From positions 13,614 to 77,613 of the forward strand of contig JAUCBJ010005613.1 in the NCBI GenBank assembly GCA_032718475.1: a DNA stretch of 64,000 nucleotides. Reading direction: 5' to 3'. Below are positions 16,001 to 28,000 of the stretch, piece after piece. The translations under genes were made by a program, and so were the position numbers. Under the pieces are notes generated by a model, which was not told the origin of the DNA, ran no database searches, and was given only the letters and a program-made list of their open reading frames with translations. Each line of letters starts with the position of its first letter. Within the stretch, counting starts at the first letter, position 1. The DNA is from Nemertoderma westbladi. Lineage: Eukaryota; Animalia; Xenacoelomorpha.

Positions 16001-19000
16001 TATCTATAACTTATATGGGTATCTATAACTTATATGGGTATCTATAACTTATATGGGTATCTATAACTTATATGGGTATCTATAACTTATATGGGTATCT
16101 ATAACTTATATGGGTATCTATAATTTATATGGGTATCTATAATTTATATGGGTATCTATAACTTATATGGGTATCTATAACTTATATGGGTATCTATAAC
16201 TTATATGGGTATCTATAACTTATATGGGTATCTATAACTTATATGGGTATCTATAACTTGATTTGGAAAATATGAATTGTGAAATAATTGAATCACAACA
16301 AAAACATATCTTTAGGATCCAAGATTAGACATAGACAGACAAGATCTACAAGGGTCAGCTGTGTGATAGGAAAAAGGTTATTTAGACATTTAAGGTACAG
16401 TAATCAATTCTTTATCACATGCCATATAGGTTACAAAAACCTGCCACTAGTTCTACAAAAGGGGTCAAAATTGCACATACTACCCACATGGACATATGTG
16501 CAGCATAATTATGGAGGTTTGCGATGGAGGATGGATGTTATTTATCTTACCTTCTACCTCTTAGCAGTAACAGGATAGGATGCTTACCTTTCCAGTGGCA
16601 CATTTCATGTAGTTCCCGCTGGTGAGTGGATATTTGGCCGCGTGGACTTTTATCATTGAGAAGTTACACTTTCCGAATGCACTATTAAAGCCGTACTTGT
16701 AGAGGGGTCTATATGCATTGCCATTCTTGTATTCGATTAATTTATATCCCTCACAATATAACAAGCCACAATTGAGTTCACCATTTGACCTGGATATAGA
16801 ATGTTAGTCATAGAAACAATAACTTTTATTATTGCAATGCTTTGTTTACAATACACTACTTACTTAGTAAACTTAGTAAACAATAAATAGTATGTTTATA
16901 AAATCAATTATTACTCATATATTAGTCATTAACATTAAGATTAAGTTTATTAATGCAATTTAGATAGGCAGAGGGGTGGGGTTAGCTTTGGATCACACTA
17001 TAAACTCAGGTAAGGGCTAATATTAGTTAAAATTTTGCAGTGTGCAGTGTTTTTTATAGGATATACTATACATAGACTGATGTTATGTTGTGATACTGCT
17101 GTACTGTGTACTGCTGAATTGCTGACAGCTTGTATGGTCAATTAGATTATTATGGGCAAATGCAATACGTGTGGGGCAATAGAAACGCGTTTACAACGTG
17201 GTGGATTATGTAAAAATTGTGCAACATCCACAAATAGAACTGGAACAGAAAGCAGTTCCGCGAATAATAACGGAACCCAACAAAGCTGTCACCCGGGTGC
17301 CGATATCGATACAGCACAATTGTTAATGGACAATGAGACGGATCGTTCCATACCAGCAGGATTTAACTGGACACAACAAGGTGCGTCTGTGGGCGGTAAC
17401 GGGATCAGTTGCGGTCAGGCAAACCCCTGGGGATGGGGGCCAGTACAGTCACTATTATTACAACCACATCAATACCAACCAATGATGACCCAACAACCCA
17501 GTCTGTCTGGCCAACAACCGATTCAACTCCAAGGCCAACCACAACCAGATTGGGTACAGGCACTCCTGGACGGTCAAAATCGCGTGGAGAATAAGTTAGA
17601 TAACATAAATCAACGCCTAGACCAACACGACACAAAGATTAATAAACTGGAGAAAGAAAACATGGATCTGCGAACAGAATTACACCGCGTTCGCAATGTA
17701 GTAGGGGATCACCAACGTTTCTTCCAGAGGATAGACTCTCGAGAAAGGAGCTGCAACGCAATCATTCGGGGGCTAGAAGAAGATGATGTCAGCGATAACG
17801 AAAAGATAAAGAAGATTCTTCATGTCGCAGTCGTTAATGAAGAACCAACCGAGATGTTTCGATTAGGAAAAGAAGACGACGCTAAACGAGTGGGCCCGCG
17901 TGGTGTACTACTAAAGATGAACTCACGAGCGAAAAGAAAATTCAGGAATTACCTGAACTATCAAAAGTTTTTATCAAAAAGGACGCACCTCCACATATTC
18001 GTCGGGAGAGGAAACGGTTGTTTGATGCCTGCGAAGCAGAGAAAGCAAAACCCCAGAATGTCGGTGTGAAAATCTATATAGATTTTAAGAAATGGAAGTT
18101 ATATAGAGGTGAGGAAGTTATTGATGAATTCCATCACAACAGTTCGGGTTTTTGATAGGAGACCAGATCAACAGTATTAGCACTAATTTTACACTACGTA
18201 TTTTATCGTGGAACATAAATGGTATTAATTATAAATTAAATAATAATATTGTTAAACAATTTTTAAGTTTATAATTTTTATCAACGAGGTTAAAACTATT
18301 GTCAAATCGGTACCGGGGTGGGATATAATTCCTTCAGCGAACGCTTTGCATGAAGCTCACCGAGGGGGAGTTTTAGTATTATTAAAACCATGGATATCGA
18401 GATATATTATCCGTAGAGATGAAATAATTGACCAGGTGTGGATTAGTTTAAAATTCGCTCCTGATATTCTAATCGGAGGTTGCTATATTCCGCCGAGCGA
18501 TTCTAAATACTTTAACGAGTCCTGTTTTGGTGAGATACAGTGGCGGGCAATTGAAGATTCAGCTAAAGTAATTGTAATTGGTGATTTAAATTCCAGAATA
18601 GGAAACATCCCGGACACAAAGGTTAACAGTAATGGTGGAATGCTAAAACAACTAATTTCAGATTGCGATATGACAATTCTAAACCACTGGGATAGTGGGG
18701 ACAAGCAATTTGGAGGGGGTTTATCCTTCAGGAGAGGGAATAGGTGGGTGAGTGAGCTCGACTATGGTATCATTTCAAACTCAATTATTTCATATGTGAC
18801 AGAGTTCGAAACGATCCAGCGTTTGGATTTCCCTTCGAACCATGCGCCGATCTCGCTGACATTGTGTATTCCTTACCGAGAGCCATTGGATAATCTTGAG
18901 AAAGTAGCCAATGAATTGGGACAACCGAATATACAATACAGATACCATCCAACCTATAGAAGAAGAATCCAATCTAGTAAAATAGATAAAAATCAAGTAC

Positions 19001-22000
19001 AGGATCTATTACAATCGAATATTCTAAACATTGACATTAACAACAACAGTATCGATTCAGCTTGTTCTAAAATAACGGATAAGCTATACAGCACCACCGA
19101 AACATCTATGGTGAGGAACGGAAACAATACCTTGCAGGGGAGTGACAATGTTCATGGGAGATGGAGCAGGTTAGCACAGAGGGGAGACTATCAATCTCTA
19201 TGGGCCGCTATAGACTGGAAAGGAATGTTGAAACCTGACACAATATCATCCGAGACAGATGTTGATGCACAGCCAGATGCAAACGAAATGAAGAATCACT
19301 TTGAGACACTTTTATATAATAATAATTTAATTGACGGTGGTAGAATACATCCAATAAACAATAATATAAATAGCATTACAGTCCCAATACTAGATGATCC
19401 CATAACATTAAGGGAAGTATCAGAAGCGATCAATAAAGATCATGCGCTAAAGTTGGACAAGGCCGGGGGGCCAGATGGAATTCCACCTTTAGTTTATAAG
19501 ATGATGCCATTATCGTGGTTAATCACTCTAGTATGGTTCTTTAACTGGATCTTCAATAGTGGTGTATACCCGGTCGCATGGGCTATATCGAGATTAGTTA
19601 TACTATTTAAACGGGGCGACCCACGCAAATGTGGTAATTACCGCGGCATAAGCGTGGCTGATACCTTTCAGAAGATATATGACTCGATATTGGCCGCACG
19701 ATTATTCCGATGGTTTAAACCAGAAAGTGAGCAAGCAGGGGGACAACCAGGAAGAGGATGTCTCGAGCAAATATTATCGCTAAGATTGTTAATAGACTCT
19801 ACAAAGAAGAGCAAAGGAAAGCTATATCTGTTCTTTGTGGATCTAGAGAAGGCCTATGACACTATAAATCGACAGAAATTGATAGATATGTTAATCGAAT
19901 GTGGATGCGGCAAGGCAATGTGCAGAGCGATAATTGCTATGTATAGATCTACTGTTTACGTATATAATAACTCTACCAAAATTATCAGCAACATAGGTTT
20001 GAAACAAGGACAACCAAGTTCGATATTTCTGTTTTTGTTTTACTTTGATAGATTTGTAAAGTGGCTGAAAAGATGCAAACCAGTCTCAAACCTTCTGCGA
20101 AATTTACATTGTCTGTTATTGATGGACGATTGTGGAATAATGGCCACGTCTAGGAAAGAACTAATACAGAAGGTAGTGATATTGATAGAATTTTGCAATG
20201 AATATGGGTTGAAAATAAATTTAGCCAAGACGAAATTTCTCGTTGTTAACGGGAATTCGGATGATAAACAACCTTTAACCGTTGCCAATCGTACATTTAA
20301 ATACACATCTGCATACACATATCTGGGAACTGTGTTTACAGATGAAGGAACTCTAAAGAATGACATTCAAGAGCATCTCAAATCTAAACAAATTCATGTA
20401 TTGAAGTTTGCAATGTTTTTAAAAAAATAATGAGTCAGCTCCATTTTGGGTTAAGAAAATGGTGTTTGAAGCGGCTGCAGCCGCTGCAGTTTTCTACGGT
20501 TGTGAGGCATGGATCGGTAAATTTACACAAGCCGAGAGCGTTTATAATTACATGGTAAAACGGCTGTTGTGTGTGAGAACTTCAACATGTAACGACACAG
20601 TATATATTGAATCCGGGATTCCAACCGCGGCAGCCTATATTCGATGCAGACAATTACATTTCATTAAATCAATATTAAAACGCCCACATCGTACAGATCC
20701 AGTTCACATATGTATGGATATCGCAAAGGATATCGGCGCGAGTGGTTCAAAATACATAACGGAACTCCTGAAAAATTCTAACAATATAAAACGAGATAAT
20801 ACAGAGATGTTACGTAAAAGGATTATGGATAGTAGCAGCAGTAAACGGGTTACATACAAGCAACTGAACACGACATTACAAACACATGATATTTATACCA
20901 CTCGATCGTCGAAAATCCCGGAGCATATGCGAATCGCATGGTCGCGTTTTCGCTTGTCGTCTCATAACTTACGAATAGAAAGAGATCGTTGGACACGACT
21001 ACCTAGAGAACAAAGGGTCTGTAGTTGCGATGGGCTGTCGGTGCAGGACGAAGAGCATATACTAAGTAGCTGCGAGCATACAAAGGAAATTATAGGCTTC
21101 TACAATGTTTCATCTATGTTAGACTTTAACGGCCTACCGAGTTACGAAGCCGCAGAGCTGGCTTATAAGATCAGCAAAGTGTTCCCGTAATAGTTATATA
21201 TAGTCTATAACCAACGACTGACAGTATTTAATGTACGACAGTGGTTTATTGACTTGCAGTACTTAATTAACCGTAATTACATAACATTGTATGTATATTA
21301 ACTATTTAATTATCTGACCATATTTAATACTTCAGAATTTGACTTTATAGTGGCAATTTATTAGTAACCAAATACCTTATATTTGTTTGACATAATGGTT
21401 AACCGTAATTACATAATATTGTATATTGAATGTTGATTATTTGACCATATATTAATACAACCTAATTTGGCTTTATATTGACTATTTATTAGTGACCGAA
21501 TGACCGATATTTTGTTTATATTAACCTTATATTTATTTGACATACTGTTTATAACAATTAGGACTTACCCAGTGTTTATTTGACCATATATAATTTACTT
21601 ACTTATTGATCAATTGTATTTATGTAGACCTATTAATAATATAATAATGTAGTGCTGACGGTAATGTTGATCTGGTCTATAATAATAATAATAATAATAC
21701 AGTAGGTGATGCAATTATTATGTTGGCCAAGTATATTTTTTTAGCATAGGTAATATCCCATTTACTTTACAGCTTAACAGTGTTAATTGACAATGAAATA
21801 TTATATTCTTTCGGAATATTTTAATATTAATATTTGAACTCAGTTTTACCGTTTAAAAATTGTCTGACAAAAAAGCATATTAATTGAAGAAGAAGCTTCA
21901 CTAACCAATAATTACAAGTTATATTTATTTATTTGTCAAGCACGTTAAGTAAAAAACCCTACCGGTAGGTGTGTTAGTACCAAAGTATGTAAGAAACTAA

Positions 22001-25000
22001 AAAGCAACAAGACCTAGACGTTGCAAGCAATCAGTGATCAGCTGACGGGAGCTAGCTGATCGGTAGGTTTCGTCCCGCAGTTGAAGGCATTCTCAGGAGG
22101 CCAAGCCAGGAAATGTAGAGATAAATTGGAAATCGGTCAGCTTTCTGCCGTTAGTTGATCACTGATTTCATAAAACGTCTAGGTCTTGTTGCTTTTTAGT
22201 TTTTTTTTTTACATACTTTGGTACTAACATACCTACTGGTAAGGTTTTTCATTTAACGTGCTTGACAATAAATTAATATAATTTGTAACAAGCATATTAG
22301 TTAGTTAGTATTGCAATATCCCTCCCTGCCTTGTTTAATTTATTATTTTCAGAAGATAAATAATATTTCAATTTCTTCATAAGCGAACGGGAATCATCTT
22401 CTTGTAATATGTAATATATACATAGGTGATTAATTAATTTTTATAATAAGAAAAGTCAAAAGAAAATCTTATTTCTATATTTTTCTTTTACCAAATATGT
22501 CAATTAATTTCTTAATATTAGAACTCTATTGGCGTATTCGTGTTTTATTTAAACTATTCTTTTATTAACTATTCTTTCCCGAGGTTGATCGTAGGTATGT
22601 TTTGAATCGTTGCGGGCACTGAATGATCTCTCAGGTAAATAATGACGTTGTTGGAATACAACCAGCTAGTCAACCTGAGCAACCTGAGCGAGGACTCTCT
22701 ATTCTTCGCCAGCCGCACCTGCAGTCGAATCTGATCGTACCTGCAGCTAGTTTATGGTCGTAAAAACCACGATTGCTTATATCATTGTGTTCTACTTCGT
22801 ACCTGAGACTCCTGTGGAGGATATTATATATGCTGTAAATAATGCTCTAACATTCACTCTTCCAGACCTTCCTATAATAATAGGAGGATAATTCAACTGT
22901 CGTATTGACCAGGGCCCCAGAGGACTAGATCTAACCGACAGTTTAAACTCTCGCGGTTTTATACTAGAAAACGAGACAGCGGTTAGTACCTATATATCAC
23001 CACAATGCGAAAGTTCAATCGGCCTCCTATTTATCAAGCTACCAACTCCACTGACATCAGCTACAACTTCTGTAAATGTCTCTCTAAACCTAGAAAACAT
23101 CAAAGATTGCTCTCTATATGGAACTAAAGCCCACTACGTCAGACGCGAAAAGTGGAAATGTACCTCGCCGATTGAATATAACACTATACCTCTAAGATTC
23201 ACAACCACTTCCCATCCTCAATGATAAACTCGCTCATTTTAAATGGTGAGATTGACTCTGCTACCGATGATCTAACTGGAGCGATTTCCTCATTAGCGGA
23301 ACTGACTAGTCACTTGAGTGCGCCCCACAAAAAGCCCTGGTTTGACAATGCATATAGAGAAGACAAAACGCAGTTACTCGACTTAATGGAACAGCGCTCG
23401 TCTTCCACCGCACACTCCGAGCCCTTTGGGAACGCCCGCAAACAATTCAAGACGCCCATAGAGACCAAAAGGGAACAATTTGAGGAGTCCCAACTGATCG
23501 ATAAACTAAAACAGACAGAAATCACACCATGGTCCCTCCTTAACAAAGATTATAAACGTAATGTATCTTCTCCAATCTCTGTCGAATGCTTAGAAAATCA
23601 TTTTCAGGCGTTACTTGGCCAGGCTGATAATCTCGACGGAATAACAGAAAAACAGGAACCCTGCTTAAGTGAGATCCAAAATAATGAATGGGGTACAACG
23701 CTCCCATAACTGAGAATGAGGTTGAAGACGCCGTCAACTCGTCTTCTAATAAAAAGGCCTCTGGTCCAGACGGAATTTATTACGAGCACATAAAAGCTGC
23801 CCTCCCAGTAATTCTTACCACCATTGTAGCTCTTTACAATGCTTGTTTAAATCTCGGTACTATTCCTCTCGGCTAGTCGATTAGAATTATCATAACTATC
23901 TATAGAGGTAAAGGAGAAATATCAAGCCCCGACAATTACAGAGGTATCGCACTGATCAGTGTGTTTCTCAAGACCCTTACCTCCATCATTAATAGAAGAG
24001 TCCGATCATGACCTACTAAATATACGACCATGAAAGCTGCATTCTACCTACTAAATTTAGTAGGCACACGTATTTAAAATAATTTTTCATATATTTGAAG
24101 GATTTTATAATAAAAGTCTTCTAGAACATTTTTTTATGATTCATTTCAATAGTAAGTATTATAATTTTGAAACAACTTATTTTAATAGCTATTTTTATAT
24201 ATTATTGGTAAATGCCAGTTCCACTTCGTTAGTGCTTATACCTACGCCATCTCCTGGCATATTGTGTCTTAATTCAGTGACTTGGCCACCAATTATTATT
24301 CTTCAAATCTTAATGAGATTTCATGAAATTTGAAATATATATTGTTTTGCCTCCCTCATCCGTACTGGGTGCGTCATAATATTTATTTTCGCTTTCATTC
24401 CTTAACTACAAGCGTTTGAAAAGTAATTAAATAGCCTCGAGACGATGCTAAAACTTGCCACTTCCGAATGCTAATATTCCACTCAATTGCATTAAGATTC
24501 AGAAGGGGGTGGGGTTGCACTGAATTAAGACATAAAAATATCTTGTATTTTTGATATTATTTCTTGTTGTTTATGCTAGCTAGTGTTTTTTCCAAGTATC
24601 TATTGTAAATGAAATTAGCTACTGTAAATTGAGATTTTTGGTCAACAAATCGAGCATTGATTAAAGAAAATATCGACGTTGATGAAATTTTATCAAGTAA
24701 ACCAGAAAATGATTACGAATCAATTTGCATTGTTGCTGAAAGTCGAAATGAGATTGTTTTGGGTTTTCTTACCCACAAAATTATCAACAGAAAAGGTAGG
24801 AAAGGGTGCCAAAACTGTGCGTAAGTTTTACAAAATGAAACTGTTACCAACTCACTTTACCACAGTTTGCTTGACATTGGAAGAGAAGGAAGACTCACAA
24901 GACAGTTATGCGCATTTGTTGAAGAATCGTTTAAAATTTTAATAACCATTGAGGATTTGCTTGTGAAAACCATTGAGTTCCGCAGCAACTTCGACTCTAA

Positions 25001-28000
25001 CCAAACTATGTGATAATTATCCCTACGTAAATTATCTGCCCTTCCCATACCGAACTAATTACAATAATTATTTTTCGCTCTCTCGTAATCATATTTGCCA
25101 ACAATCGATCCAAACCCTACTCCCAGACAGTGAGAGAATCTTCTGTAAAAGAATTCAAACTGCGTCAGCGTCATGTAAATAATAGCTAAATTATAGAACT
25201 GTAGTTTACCGGTACTCATCATTATTGAAAACATTATAAACAATAAACATTCCATAAGATTAACCAATTATCAACTATTTATTTGCTTTTGTCCTTCTTC
25301 ATTAATTTGCTAGTAAAAACACAATGTTTAAAAAAACACTGGCTTCCAAAAAAAATTTAAAATAATATAATGACGTAATGAATATAACGACCAAAAATCT
25401 CAATTTAGCTAATTTAATTTACAATAGATACCGGTACTTAATTGTTAAACAATCTACTGTAGAACACTAACAAAAAAAATAATGTAATAAAAACTGTGTC
25501 CTAATAGCAGATAGTAATTAAATAAACTAAATAAAACACTTTTCAAACGCTTGTAGTTAAGGATTGAAAGCGAAAATAAATATTCTGACGCGTCAAGATT
25601 TGTAGAATAATAATTGGTGGCCAAGTCACTGAATTAAGACATAATTTTCCAGGAGATGGTGTAGGTATAAGCACCAACGAAGTGGAACTGTCATTTACCA
25701 AGAATATATAAAAATAGCTATTAAAATAAGTTGTTTCAAAATTATAATACTTACTATTGAAATGAATCATAAAAAAATGTTCTAGAAGACTTTTATTATA
25801 AAATCCTTCAAATATATGAAAAATGAATTTAAGGACGTGTGCCTACTAAATTTAGTAGGTAGAATGAAGCTTTCATGGTCGTATATATAGTAGCTCATGG
25901 TCCGATATAATAGGGTCAAACTTTTCCCACGGAACAATACGGTTTCCAGGAAGGTCGGTCAACGATTCAAGCGATTCGTAAACTGCTCGCAGCCTTATCC
26001 ACAGTACTCTATGGAGGACCCGACGATCAGCGGTGCCTTTATGCATAGTTTACCGACTTCAGGAAGGCCTTCGACCTTGTGAACCGGTCTATCTTATTAT
26101 TTCGAATCTACAAAGAATTTGGCATTAAAGGAAAACTTTTCAAACTAACAAAAAGTCTTCTAAGAAATTCCGTTAAAATATTTGATGGGGTAACTGATAA
26201 TTCAACTTCACGGAATTCTCCAGGGGGACTTCTCCACATGTTTCTCCCCAACCTGCATCATCCTGTTTATTGCAGATCTCGGAAACTTTCTAAGAAATAT
26301 TTCTTCAACCCTCAAATTCATTTTCTTTGTGGACGATTTGGTGCTATATTCATCAAACAGTGTCGATCTACAAAGGGCTCTCGATGTTATAAATATTTGG
26401 TGCCTAAACAATGGTATGAACTCAACATGAAGAAGACCAAAATTATCAAGTTCCGAAAAGGCGGCCAGTTGGCTATGTGTGATCAATTCACATATGAGGG
26501 AGAAAGTGTAAAGATTTGTAATAGTTACGAGAATCTTGGAATCTTCCTTCAGACTTATCTTTGCTTCTCTAAGCAAATTGATGAAAGGAAAAAAAACATG
26601 CATCGGTGTCATAGGGTGTTTAAACAACTTGCAACTTGTTTCTACATCATCTGAGTTAAATATTTTCATTATGAAGATCAAAACTACTATGCTCATACAG
26701 AAATTCAAATTTTTTATTTACATTGCACAATCTCAAAGAAATTGATAAAATTAAATCCGCTTTCTTAAAACGATTACTGGGACTCCACATATCTTCCTCG
26801 GCTACTCTCTGGCACATAAACTGGTTGGCTGCCGTACTTTTGTTGACGAACTTGCTGCTGAATCTCCGGAAATATTCAATAGGGAAACCCTGGCTAACTA
26901 CCGCGCTTTTCGTGAAATGCGCGAAACTAACTTCACAATCCAAGGTTACTCCGATGGACCTGCTTTCACATCGACTTCATGGCAAGAACCTATGCAGAAA
27001 ACTCGCCATTTAGCTACAAGGTCTAGGACCCAGGGGTTCCAATGGAAATTGTGCAAGACTCTAGGAACTTTCCACGAGCCGACTTCCGAATGCGTCTGCA
27101 AATTCTCCAACACCTCAGCAAGCGACAGCTACCATTGCCTCAAATGTAACTCGGGCCCCCACTCTCAGCGCTCTCCATTTTAACATATGGGAAACTTTAT
27201 ACCTTTACTTTATACTGAAACTTTTAACTTTTACTCATACAGAGTGTAAATCAAATCAAATAAAATAATAATTATACTGATTTGGATTTTGGGGCAGTAA
27301 ACATTACAAAATGCTTAAATTCGAACCATTTGAAATCACTATTTATAAATTTCACTAACATATTTAGAAAAAAAAACCCTGCAGGACATTAAGCCCAAAA
27401 TAGTACTATAAGTTTGAAATTTAGAATACCAAATTCCTCTAATTTTTATCTATAAGTTTGAAATTTAGAATTCCAACCTCCTCTAATTTTTATCTATAAG
27501 TTTGAAATTTAGAATAACAACCTCCTCTAATTTTTATCTATATGTTTGAAATTAGAATACCAAATTCCTCTAATTTTTATCTATAAGTTTGAATAACCTC
27601 CAACCTCCTCTAATTTTTATCTATAAGTTTGAAATTTAGAATACCAACCTCCTCTAATTTTTATCTATAAGTTTGAAATTTAGAATAACAACCTCCTCTA
27701 ATTTTTATCTGTAAGTTTGAAATTTAGAATACCAAATTCCTCTAATTTTTATCTATAAGTTTGAAATTTAGAATACCAACCTCCTCTAATTTTTATCTAT
27801 AAGTTTGAAATTTAGAATACCAAATTCCTCTAATTTTTATCTATAAGTTTGAAATTTAGAATACCAATCTCCTCTAATTTTTATCTATAAGTTTGAAATT
27901 TAGAATAACAACCTCCTCTAATTTTTATCTGTAAGTTTGAAATTTAGAATACCAAATTCCTCTAATTTTTATCTATAAGTTTGAAATTTAGAATACCAAC

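Larger units (their letters stand above)
17000..21700 (+). mobile_element. Near full-length two-ORF non-LTR retrotransposon, RTEX-like, antisense in intron 9
   Basis: ORF1 from 17152; ORF2 with APE, RT and C-terminal Cys/His knuckle; AT-rich 3'UTR with ~130-bp internal duplication and (TAA)n tail at ~21678-21699; 5' boundary approximate. Confidence 0.85.

Noticed and set aside
24136-25770. Two near-identical opposite-strand ORFs [15 protein letters not shown]...
   Set aside because: They are the two arms of the transposon TIR
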